Positions 52,167 to 64,000 of a DNA stretch of 64,000 nt are shown piece after piece. Position 1 is the first letter of the stretch; every line of letters starts with the position of its first letter. The position numbers and the translations under genes were made by a program. This stretch comes from the human T2T-CHM13v2.0 reference genome, Homo sapiens. The notes under the pieces are model-generated. The model did not search any database, was not told the DNA's origin, and saw only the letters and a program-made list of their open reading frames with translations. The stretch lies in the NCBI RefSeq assembly GCF_009914755.1, contig NC_060929.1; one strand, given 5' to 3'.

Positions 52167-53184
52167 TGACTCTAAGTTTTAGTTCTCACCTCTGAAATGG
52201 GAGAACAGGATAGTATCATCTCAAAGAGCAATCACAAGGAGTTGAAGTAATCCAGGATGAGGGCTTGGTATGGGGCTGGGCACCATGAGTGTTTGCAGTG
52301 ACCATCCTGGAGAGGTGCTGGACTGTCTCAGCATTCCCACCACACCTTTTTCACTCAGTTTGCATCAAGGACCTGAGCCGTTCCAGATGTTTTCCACAAC
52401 ACCCCCCCACACCACTCTTCTCTGATAGCTTTTCTTGCCCTCATGCCTCCCCCTCTCCTTCTCTGGCTCAGATCATAGCCCAGCCCCCAGGTGGAGTCCT
52501 GCATGCCTCCCTCACAGTGTCAAGAAGGCTCAGGCAGCAGCTGCTGAACACCGCAGGCCCAGTGGAGCAGACTCCAGCCTGGTAGCTCAGCCACCTTGGA
52601 CACATCCTGCTGGAGGAGAACCCGCTCCTCCTGGGAAGCCACAGACTCGGGGAGAGGCTCAGTTCTTCCAGCCGTCACTTCCACTACCCTCCTGTTGGAA
52701 GGAACCTATGTACTTCTGAGAGAATAACAGATGCCTGAACAGCCCTGCCCTGAGCTCACCCTCAGAGGGTGGGCTCAACTGAGTCAAAGCACACCAAGCT
52801 CTGCGACCTCCTTACACCTGCTCTGCCTCATCAGTGCAGGTTGGATTAGGCTGACCATGCCATTTCCATTTGCCTAACTCTAACTCGGCCCCAGCCTAGC
52901 CTATCAAGCCCACCACCAAAAAGCCCACTTATTACTAAGTTGACTGCCAAGTGAGGTCAATTTGTAATTTAAATCTGTGCTGCATAATGCATAAGAGATC
53001 TTGGTATAAATTATTCACCCGCAAATTGCCATCTGGACATTTAGGAAACTTAGTGGGAAATCTAAAAGGGAAGTGGGCATTTGCCCAGCATCACCTTAGT
53101 AAGCAGAGAGTGCTCTTTTGTTGCTGTTGTCATTTTATTTGCCAGGAACCCAAGCAGATGGATACCATTTACCTCCATTTTAGA

Positions 53185-53469
53185 GGCAGGGTGCGGTGGT
53201 TCAGGCTTGTAATCCCAGCACTTTGGGAGTCCCAGGTGGATGTATCACTTGGGGGCCAAGAGTTTGAGACCAGCCTGGCCAACATGGCAAAACCCCTGTC
53301 TCTACTAAAATACAAAAAATAGCCAAGCATGGTGGCACATGCCTGTAATCCCAGCTACTTAGGAGGCTGAGGCACGAGAATCACTTGAACCCATGGAGCA
53401 GAGGTTGCAGTGAGCTGAGATCATGCCACTGCACTCCATTCTGGGCAATAGAGCAAGACTGTCTCAAAA

Positions 53470-53473
<4 letters not shown>
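53185..53473 (+). mobile_element. AluS
   Basis: gagtttgagaccagcctggccaacatggc...gaggttgcagtgagctgagatc; tail runs into a microsatellite. Confidence 0.9.

Positions 53474-53474
<1 letters not shown>

Positions 53475-53531
<57 letters not shown>
53475..53531. repeat. Compound (TA)n(GA)n microsatellite
   Basis: Direct inspection. Confidence 0.95.
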
Positions 53532-53534
<3 letters not shown>

Positions 53535-53894
53535 GTATGCAGACCAACCAGGGGGCCAGCTACTTACTATGTTTCCTCTCCCAGCCCCAGATCCTAGAGC
53601 CAAGCTCCAGCTTAATATAGCTATAGGGCACCTTCTTTACAGGAGCTTCTCCTGTCTCCCAGGAACACAAAGGGAAGTTGGCCTACTGCTGACCTGGCCA
53701 TTAGCAAAGACTCCCTTCCCTTTCTCTCATGTCTATACAAAGAACTGGTTTCTGCTCTCCCATGGCTCCATCTTCCCTATAGAAACTCCCCTGAACAGGG
53801 TATCAGAGCTTACAACAGAATCCAACAAGAGGACCACTCATGGAGTTTGCTATCTTACACTAGTCCATCCTCTTCTTAGGCCACCGTGCTAACT

Positions 53895-54330
53895 CCATCC
53901 ATTCAGCTAATCATAATTGAACATCTATAATTATGATTCAGGCACTAAGGACAAAGGGGTGAGTAGAACATGTTCTCTGTTGTTAGGGAGTTCACAGACC
54001 AGAAGGGTAGGTGCTCATGCAAACAAACCACTACAAAACAAATTAGCCCTGATGCACACTTTGTTCTAGGCACAGGGTGAGGCATTGGGGGATGTGGGAA
54101 TGAGAAGTGGAATAAATACATGTTCAAGGTCAGTGGGAATATAAAGGAGCTCATGATCAGCTCTGCTTGTGGAAGGAGAGGGTCAGGGAAGGCTACGCAG
54201 AGAAAGAGATGCCTGACTGGGTCTATAAGAACGAGTAGGAGTTGCCAGGCAGACATGTTACACCCACATGCACATATGGGGAACGGCAAGCAGGTGAGTG
54301 TACACAAATGCTTTAAGGATCATGATGCAA
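53895..54330 (-). mobile_element. L2 fragment
   Basis: ccatccattcagctaatcataattgaacatcta...gggtcagggaaggct...gaacgagtaggagttgccaggcagac. Confidence 0.65.
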
Positions 54331-55046
54331 CCCAGCTTGTACTGCTGGGACAAGCTGAATATAGACTACATATTTCCTTTAAAGAGATCAGTGTGTTTCC
54401 ATTTGTGACAAATGATTCTCATACAATCTTTGTGAAGTTGGAAGGAAATGGAACTTCTCTCATTCTGTCACAGCAGAATAATTGGAACCCTTATAATTCC
54501 CTCTTCTTACCTTCTGTTAATAATCCACCTTTCATCAGAATAAAATATCATTACCCTAAGGTACCATTCCATTTAAACCTTATGGATCTTCCTAGGAATC
54601 AAGAAATCATTGCCAGGCTCACTTCACCCTGAGACACAAATGAGAAAAAAAAAGACCAGAAATTTGCCTTCTGACAAGGACTTCTGGAGTCCCATTTCCT
54701 TCCTGAGGACTGTACCAGTCACTGCAAATCCTGAAGGTTTTTCTATGCAGAAGTCAGAAAGCACCAAGTGATGCAACTAGCCTGCTTAGGGAGGAGGAGT
54801 AGAGTAAAGGTGTTTTGTGGCTGCTATGTGTCCATGAGACACATCACTGAGCAATGACTGAACAAATCAGTCACTTTCCCAAGGCCAAAAAATCACTCCA
54901 CCATCCTTCATACCTGCCAAGCATCCCCAACAGGTGATGTTCATCCAACACCACTGCCCAACTCCCAGAAGAGGACACAGCCTTGACCCAGGGCATCTCT
55001 TACCCCTGATCTGTACAACACGTTTGGCTCTTATTACCTTCATGAC

Positions 55047-55278
55047 GGAAAGGAAGGAAGGAAGGAAGGAAGGAAGGAAGGAAGGAAGGAAGGAAGGAAG
55101 GAAGGAGGAAAGAAAGAAAGGAGGGAGGGAGGGAGGGAAGGGGAGGGGAGGGGAGGGGAGGGGAGGGGAGGGGAGGATGGAAGGAGGGAAAGGAGAGACA
55201 GAAGGGAGGAGGTGGAGGAGTGGGGGAAGGAAGAGGGGAAGGTGGAGGGGAAGGGGAAGAGGAAGGGGAAGGGGGAGA
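55047..55278 (+). repeat. (GGAA)13 microsatellite plus (GGGGA)7 in a ~230-bp purine tract
   Basis: 13 consecutive GGAA at 55052-55103; 7 consecutive GGGGA at 55140-55174. Confidence 0.97.
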
Positions 55279-55331
55279 TAAACTTCCTCCCTCTGTAATA
55301 TCTCCCCAGACAGCCGTATCTTTCCACCAAC

Positions 55332-55375
55332 CATGACAAGAAATTGAACCTATCCAACAGGTCTTCAGCAGTTTC
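55332..55375 (-). other. Candidate 44-nt exon
   Basis: Acceptor ggtttgcag|, donor ATG|gttggt; reads ETAEDLLDRFNFLS+TG, phase-compatible with 49079-49202. Confidence 0.2.
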
Positions 55376-57615
55376 CTGCAAACCTGGAATGTTCCAGGTG
55401 GCTGTGCATCTAAGAGACATTTTCTGTTGGTTTTTGAAAACTGTTTATATCAGAGTTTGATATTCTTTGGCTAACCCCTAAGACTCTGTCCAAACAGATT
55501 AAACACTCAAAACTTTGAAGGGTTTTTCTATGCCTCCTGGACAAAATTTCAAGACTTACATGATCAAGTCAAGACTCTAGGTACCCTGAACTCCAATTTA
55601 ATAGGCACTTTTGGATGGTACTGAAAGTATGAACTCATCACAAAGCCTGCAGTATAGAACAGAGCACAGCTTCTTAAGGCATCATTTCTGGGATGAAGGC
55701 TAAAAATTGTCTATCACAGCCAGTTAGCCTCAAAGGGAGTCTAAATAAATCGAGCCCACTGGGGAGTCTGTGAAATAAGACCTATATTAGGAGCAATCTT
55801 TTGAGCATCATGTCCATATGAAGTAAGAATTCTCCCTCTAACTGGGGCACAAGACCCTCTTAAGAATAAAACTTTGGATCATTTCACAGTAATATGACTG
55901 TATCTTAGAAAGCAATCTAGGGATTGAACTAGAAATTTGCATGATACTCTCATTTGGTTATAAGACCCCTCTCTGGCTGTTCGTCACTAGGAAAGCAATT
56001 GCCCACGGGAAGGTGAGCAAGATACAAGGCATTCTCATTATCACCTCCCTCTCTGATTAAACACCAAAATATGTTTGATCCAGAGCATACAAAATCAATT
56101 AAGAGAGTTAACACATGTAAAGCATGTTGAATCCTGAATCAAAATTAGCTATTATATCAATAAAAATAATAGCTTCCATTTATTGAGTATCTACGACAGG
56201 GCAGACAGTAGGTTAGCACATGTGCTCTCTAATTTAATCCTAACAGCCAACCCTGCAGGATAGTGCTAACTCTCACATTTTACAAAGGTAAAGAAATGCA
56301 AATTGTGTTAGTTTCTGCCTTGCTTGCAGGCCTTTGCTAATGAAAAGTCATTTTTACTTTTTTATAAAGCACTGCAGTCCATACTAAGGAGCAAATGCAG
56401 TCAGCATTTGTATATGCTTGCCCAAATTGGATAAAGATAAAAAGTCAAGAAGAAATACATAGGCAGATACATTTCCTGAACTGGATTTTTTTTCCTCTAG
56501 GATGGACATAATATAGCGTGGAGCTTTCTCTACATCACTTGCACATCTATGTGGGTTACCTATCCACTGCTGGGAGATGGCTGTGGTCCACAGATTTGTC
56601 CTGAAGCAACTTCAGAGACCCTCGTGGTGACAAATGTACTACTAAATCCCCACAAGGGTGTCCCTGACCAATTCCATCTCCTGATCACCCAAGTAATTAA
56701 GAGGGCCAACTTCTATTTCAACCACTCAGAGAGGATTTAAGACCAAGAGCAATTGGTGCCATTAGTCTCTTGTTGCAGATGCACAAGTCTAAGCCCAGGT
56801 CAGCTGTCAAACATAAACATGCAAGATCCAACATGCAATCAGTTTGCCACACCAGCCATCTCTCCCTGTGTCATTCCTCATGGGAAACACATAAAAACAA
56901 ACACACAGGTAACAAGGCAAAAGGAAGAAGGCAGGCATTGTGTGCTCAGAACTTGGGAAGAGTGTTGGTTTGAGTTTTGCCCTTGCTAAAATGTTGTGTC
57001 ACCTCACATCTTACAAAGGCACACAGTCTTGTCCACATTAATCCAACAGTCATCTGGACCCACATGGACCTTGAGCATCCCTAAAGTCGCCAGAAGGCAG
57101 ACAGGATCCGGGATCTCACAACAGTGCTGCTGAACCTTCAAAAGGCAAGAGTACTTCCAAATATACCCTTCCTAGGATGCGCCCTTAAGTCAATGGAGGT
57201 GATTCTCTCTGGAACATTGCCTCCTATTTCAGGAATAAGTCCAGCATTTCCAAATGAGTCTGCGCACTTTGATCTCTGCAGTGCCTCACTTTATTTCTAA
57301 AGGGCTTTATTTTAGGAAGATAGTCTTGATAATAATACAGCACAGTGATATTTGGGGTTCCACCACTCACAGTAACTACTAATTTCTTTTCCTTCCATCT
57401 CATTTAGGTGCACATTTCTCAGAAGACTGTCTACCATCCCAAAGAAAGCTGGTAGATCAGGGTTTCTCAAACTTCCTCCAAAGAGATGACTCAGAGACTG
57501 GGACTGGCTTCCTCTGGGAAGCCTTCACTCAACACTTCAAGTGAATTGATGGGTCCCTTCTGTACATGTTTCTACATATCCTCTACTTCCCATTAGGGCA
57601 TTATCATATGATGTC

Positions 57616-57988
57616 TGTTATGGATTGAATGTTTGGGTTCCCTCCTAAATTCACATGTTGAAAAAGAACCCTAGCCCCCAGTGTGATGATATTTGGAGGT
57701 GAAGTGTTCGGGAGGTAATTAGGTTTAGATGAGGTCATGAGGGTGCTGCCCCATTAAGGGATTTGTGTCCTTATAAGAGGAAGAGACCCCAGAGTCTCCT
57801 CTCTTCTCTACGTGAGGATACAGAGAGAAGTTAGCCATCTGCAAGTCAGCAAGTGGGCCTCACCAAGAACTGAATCTGCCAGCACCTTGACCTTGAACCT
57901 TCTAGCCTCCAGAACTGTGAGAAATAAGTGTCTTTTGTTTAAGCCACCCAGTCTATGGTATTTTGTTATAGCAGCCTGAGCTATGACA
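57616..57988 (+). mobile_element. MLT1A-type MaLR solo LTR inside an L2
   Basis: tgttatggattgaatgtttg...ctccagaactgtgagaaataa...ggtattttgttatagcagcctgagctatgaca; TSD atgtc/atgtt. Confidence 0.9.
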
Positions 57989-58199
57989 ATGTTATAATGA
58001 TTAATTATCTCTCTATATGCCCTACTAGACTGTGAGCTCTGTAATGGGAGAGATAAGGTCTAATTTACTCACCACTGTATCAGAGTCACCTAACAGGGTC
58101 TGGGATATAAGAGGCACTAAGGAAATATCTGTTGAGTGAGTGGATGCATGGGTGGGTGGAAGCATGTGTACGTGCATAGATAAAAATTATGGTTTTAAA

Positions 58200-58460
58200 G
58201 AATATCAGACACTAGAGGAAATGCTTTATGGCATAAGTAAAAATGCAGGAAATAAAATTATTTAAACAATGTGATTTCAATTATGTAAACATTTACACAC
58301 GATTAGGAATCTGGAAGGAAATATGCTAAAAAATGTTAATAGTGGTCATCTGGGTGGTAAGATTTGGATGACTTGTTGCCGTTGTCTTCATTTCCCATGT
58401 TTCCACAAATTGCGTATATTACATTTATGATTCAGAAATAAGATTACATTTTTAAAAAGC
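58200..58460 (+). mobile_element. L1ME-type 3' end
   Basis: ctggaaggaaatatgctaaaaaatgttaatagtggtcatctgggtggtaag. Confidence 0.6.
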
Positions 58461-58930
58461 AAATTACTGAGAAAAAAACTTGTCCTCACATTTTAGGAGG
58501 TTTTCACCTATAAAAACAGGGCAGAGAGACTCGGGAAAGAAGTCAAGACTCTGGGTGAGTTCATGTTCCCAGAGTTTAGGAGCTCCTGCCTCTCCCAATT
58601 TCCCAGAAGCATGAGGGACCCTCAAACACAATGATTTTACAGCGAGCTTCCCCCTTAAGTGTTCCTCTCAGCCCCAGCCACTCAGTAAGGCGAGCTGTTC
58701 AGAGATGGAGGTGGAAGAAATGCCACCTTTTGAGGACAGATCCAAAACTACGAGGGATCAAGAGACCAGAAGAAAAAGGCTGGGAAGGAATTCCACCCAA
58801 ATCTTCAGAGCCATCAAGACCAAAACCAAGAGAAGCACAAACATGTTCATCAAGCATTGAGAAGTTCCTCCCAAAACTCAAAAGTACAGAAGAAGGTCAC
58901 TGCTTTAAAAGTGACTTATTTAAGGGTTAG

Positions 58931-59523
<593 letters not shown>

Positions 59524-60164
59524 GCTTAACATGGGCAGGCATTGTACTAAGCTCCTGACTTAGCACTAATTTAATTCCCACAACCCTCAAGTGGGGAAAC
59601 TGAGACTCAGGAAGATTAAATCACTTGCCAGGCTATACTGTCAAAAGGTGGCAAGGCTCAACTCAACCCTAGGTTAGTTTGACTCCAAAGGGGACACACT
59701 TTTTCATGAGGTTATTCAGCCTCAGAGGCCCTCATGACAGTAATCAATCCTCCTTCACCACGTGAACACGTACGGAGCACATCTTTGTGCCAGTATCAGG
59801 CTGAGTATGGGAGATCAAGGATGAATAAGATCCAGACCTTGCCTTCCAAAGTTCATAATTTGAGATGGGCATCTGCCCTGTAAGTACCTACCTAGCTCTC
59901 CCTCCCCAATACAAGTATGTCCCCAACAGAATAAAATAGGTCCAGGGATACCAAAAACTCACACCACAGACATGCATTAAATGCACCTCATTTCTTTACA
60001 AAAGGATTTTATGCTCTACACAAGACACTGCTAAGAAGTGACCCCACTCAGAACTTGTAAATATTGGCTTACACATCCATAAGTCCGGAGTGCGGAGGCC
60101 AAGAAACAAACTGCAGCCTGAGAAGCTCTACCAGAAATTTACTGTACTGAGTCACAGTTCAGCT

Positions 60165-60320
60165 TGATGGTTAAGGGCATAGAACCTGAAGACAGACCTG
60201 GACTGGAATCACAGCTCTGCATCACCTTGGGTAAATGACCAACCTGCTCTAAAAGCTTCAGCTACCTCACCTGTATACAAAAGTTAAGAATCCTTACTGT
60301 CCTAGAGCTGTCAGGAGACA
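60165..60320 (+). mobile_element. MIR
   Basis: tggttaagggcatagaacctgaagacagacctggactggaatcacagctctgc. Confidence 0.65.
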
Positions 60321-61439
60321 ATGTAGGGTTGGAGGACGGGGACTAGATTTGTCTTATCCATCATCATATCCTCAGCACGAGGCAGATACCAGGTGCAAAA
60401 TAAATACAGGGGGATAAATAGAAATGGAGACTTTTTGAAATAACTTCAGTGAAAGGAAAATAGGACTTACTTTGCAAAGAACCTCCCAATTAAAGAAGTC
60501 TAGCACTGGAAGCAAGGTGCAGATGTCCTGCAGAACCAGCCTGGGCAAGCCAGTCACTGGGGACAGGCTTGAGATGCACAAATCCATGCTCAGAATGGGC
60601 CTGGTAGGCCCTTCTCTGCAGGAAGCAGGGTGGATGGCAGTAAAAGTGAGCAGTGAGGTTCAGGTGCATCTTCTGTTTACCCATCTCTACATAAACAGCC
60701 TGAGATCCCAGGGCCCTGCACCTGCCCCAGCCCAGCCCAGCCCTGCTGCTCATTTCCCCCTAGAAGCTCATCTCCTGCTTCTGATTCTAAATAAACTCTG
60801 ATCTTATTAACCTCCATCACATGGGGGAGTGAATGCCCAGCCTGCCCCTTCACAGGCCTTTCTGACTGAGGCTGCCTCACTGGAGAAGGACAGAGGTTAA
60901 ATACCGAGATTTGCAAGCAGTTTTCCCTAATACCTAAGCACCATCTGCCCACCTGTGGCTGCTTCATCAACCTCAAAGCTAGAGGCAATGATGTTGGGGA
61001 GCGGGGTGACGTTTTTTGCAGCTGTCATGTGCCAGGCACCATGGGGCTTAACACTCAAATTACGAGTGATTTATCTGCCAGTGGAAAGCTAAGTGACCTG
61101 ATAGAAGAATCTGCACAAAGCCAAAGAAAAATGGAGTCATTTTTACACAGCCTTTGGATGGGGTAGATAAGCACAAGGCTGCAGAACAAAGAGCTTTTTG
61201 CATGAGGGTCCCACAGCCCTGGTGATACCTGAATCCAGGTGACAGGAGCACCTATAGTTCTGCTTTGCCTCCACCTATAGCTTCCCCACCTAAGACAAGG
61301 GCAATTTGCCCATTTCCCTAACAAACAACTACAGTGGGACTGTATGAAAAGGGCAAAATCTGAACCTGCCCCCCCGAGCCTATATTGTGGGACAGTGCCC
61401 AATACTCACTGCTTACAACACCACAGCATTAGCTATCAT

Positions 61440-61760
61440 TTTATACCAAGGATAGAGCAGGATTTAAGAGCCAAGACTTGGAATTAGCCAAAGCTGTGTC
61501 CTAGCTGAGGCTCTGTCACTTATTACCATGTGGCCTAAAGGTTCCTCATTTGTAAAATGGGGCTAATAATAGTGCCTCCCTCAAAGAGGTGCTATTAGGA
61601 TCAGGTGACTTAGTTGCATGCAAACTGCTCCTTCATACTCACTGCAGGACACTGTCATCTCCTCATTTGTTGTCCCAGATGGAATGTGAGCTCCTCACAG
61701 GGAGGATTCATGTCCAAGTGCCCAGCATAGGTGCTGGCACACAATAGGGCCTCAGGTCAT
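61440..61760 (+). mobile_element. MIR followed by L2 3' end
   Basis: ttcctcatttgtaaaatggggctaataatagtgcctccctc; gaatgtgagctcctcacaggg...gtgctggcacacaatagggcctc. Confidence 0.7.
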
Positions 61761-63009
61761 ACTTCTGGTGAGGATACCAACCCAAGCTTGTGGGATGCAT
61801 CTGCAGAACACCCAGCTTTCCACAGCTGCTCCCCTGCTCAGTCGTCCCCTCTCCTCCCAGGCTGCAGTTCTCAGTCCAGGGATCTCCACTAAGACCTTCC
61901 TGAAAGCAGTGCTGTGGCCAGTAAACAAGTGAGGAGAGCCCCAGCCATTCTGTCCATCCACACGGGAATCTCTGACCAACTTGAATTAAGTTGGTTTCTT
62001 CCCAGCTGTCTGGCACATGCCCAGGATTCAAAGGTTCACCTTCCAAGGGGCAGTTCTGGCTTTCTCAAGCCTTTCTAATTGAGTCAGGTTTGGGAGGAAT
62101 TCTAGAGTCTACTCCAGAACTGACAGAAGCAGGTAGCCTCTCTTCCCTAGAAGTAAGTTTCTCTCTTTAAATAGAGGACTCTGAGAAATTGCCCCTAAAA
62201 GGAACACCAATGCTGGGGCAAACCCTCTCCTTGGAGGGTCTTGGTTAGTCAGCTAAAATTCTCCCTTTTGAAAAAACAATTGTGAAGCAATCTGCCTCCT
62301 AATCCATTCATAAATCAGACACTCAAGTCTTAGAATAATTTCCCCATAATTCATGTTAATCATTCCACTCTCGTAATATGAATCATCTGTTTAATGGAAA
62401 ACTTTCACCAAGACGGGCAAGAGCCACTGGATCTTGCTTTAAAAATCTCTTCAGAGCTCAGAAGGTTTTCTATTATTGATAGAAAAGTTACTATATTTTT
62501 AACAGGCACTTTAAATATTACTCATGCAATCAAAGCTGTTTTTGTAACTCAACTTACACAGTTTTCAAACATGTATTATGTTTGACCTTATTAAATATTC
62601 TGTAGTACCGCTTACACACAACGACGCACAAAAGTACAGTACCAAAACTTCTGGCAGCACTGGAAAAAAGCAAATCCTCATGAATTGCCCAAAAGGGTGC
62701 AGCAAAAGCTCTGAGCATGGCATGGACTCCCAACCAGTGCCATGGGAGGCAGGGACAGGGGACAGGTTCCCAGAAGAGCTCTTTGCCCTGAAGTTCAGTG
62801 AGCAGGAAACAGACAAAAATCTGGGATTTTTGCACTTTAGTCAAGAATTTCACTGAATCTTCTCCAAGAATACTCCCCCAGTGCTCCAAGAATAAGACAG
62901 CACTGTTCAACCTTATTAAGATCCAGGATGTCACATAGGAAACAAGACAATTTTGATGTTTTCAAAATAGAAAATTTGGAGCTGTCTTATCAAAATCTAT
63001 AAAATAGAC

Positions 63010-63250
63010 AATAATACCAAAAATAGCTACCATTTACTGAACACTCAGTACCAGGCATTGTGCTAACTAATGTAAAGATAGAAGATCTTGTTTAATCCCC
63101 ACAAAAACCCTAGGAGGCAAGTGTTATCTTCATTTTTCCGACAAGAAAAGACAAACTTGCCTGTGACCACCCCACCAAAAAGTGACAGAGCAGGCTGGGA
63201 GCAGGGGCCTGTTGGACTCCAATATCTGTGCCCTAAATCCTTCCACCAAA
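63010..63250 (-). mobile_element. MIR
   Basis: atagctaccatttactgaacactcagtaccaggcattgtgctaa...tttaatccccacaaaaaccctaggagg. Confidence 0.75.
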
Positions 63251-64000
63251 CTTGCCTAGGAGGTCAAAGCTGGAGTCCTGCCCCACCCCACCCACTATGG
63301 TGTAGGACTACATTCAGGTGAAGTGAGTTAATGCCATTTAACACTAACCAACTGCTTGTCAGAATAGCTTAGCTGCTTCGAATGGGAAGGGCTTTGAGTC
63401 CTGCCAAGATATAAGTGATTAAGTAGGAGTTTAGTCAAAACAGATGCGGCAAGGGAGTCTCTCACCGGCCTTGTGAAAGTCAGAACCAGAGGGAAAAGCA
63501 TGTGGCTCTAAGAGAAGGTGAGAGAAAGAGAACGGGGGATGGATGCTCCAGCTAAGTGTGGACCAGTTGTCAGCAAAACAAGAAAAGTATCAGACCAAGT
63601 AACTGAGAAGAATAACAAACAACTATGGTTGCAATTTTTAAATACAAGGCCTTAGACTGCTTCAATTGCTGAGCCAGAGATGAGGAGACAGAGTGCACTG
63701 TGACAACTGAGTCAAATGGCAGTGATTCCAGTGTTTTTGTTTTGTCAATTCACATGTTCACATATCTTAAAGTACGTGAAGTATCTGGATTACACTTGCT
63801 TTAGATAAGCCCTGGATTCAGGGAACTGAGTGCCTATAGTTCTGCTTTGCCTCCATCAATGGCTTTCCTGCCTAAGCTGATGCCCTTCCTTTGCTACTTG
63901 AAGTGAAACACTGACAATCACCAGGTGGCAACAACTGGTACAAAATGCATGATTGACAAGAAGAGCCCTGGTCTGGACTCTCCGTAAGCCTTTACCATCC

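Noticed and set aside
55382-55399. 8-bp-stem palindrome acctggaa-tg-ttccaggt
   Set aside because: Too short to exceed chance in 64 kb and no RNA-gene context
54867-55420. Overlapping low-complexity ORFs (KEGR/PSFL repeats)
   Set aside because: Translations of the GGAA/GGGGA tract

Overview
This is human nuclear genomic DNA: it carries an AluYb8 with its diagnostic 7-bp duplication, a human-specific subfamily. The window is repeat-rich and intronic or intergenic in character. I find no CpG island, no tRNA, rRNA or CRISPR array, and no protein-coding gene I can name. The ORF track is mostly chance ORFs and translated repeats. The repeats include MIR, L2, L1M/L1PA, Alu (J, S, Y, Yb8), MaLR/ERVL solo LTRs and hAT DNA-transposon fossils, several nested and some with visible TSDs. 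Main points of interest: (1) an ~880-bp inverted duplication (1-883 vs 5656-6522) around a ~4.8-kb spacer, holding a 72-nt exon-like unit whose differences are mostly synonymous; (2) an ancient ATP6/COX3 mitochondrial insertion (NUMT) splitting an MLT1 LTR; (3) a near-consensus AluYb8 inside an internally deleted L1MB that keeps tandem 5'UTR monomers; (4) a (GGAA)13 + (GGGGA)7 purine tract; (5) a speculative, phase-compatible chain of minus-strand exons; (6) several motif-dense, repeat-free enhancer candidates. Boundaries and subfamilies of old repeats were called by eye from remembered consensus sequences and are approximate.
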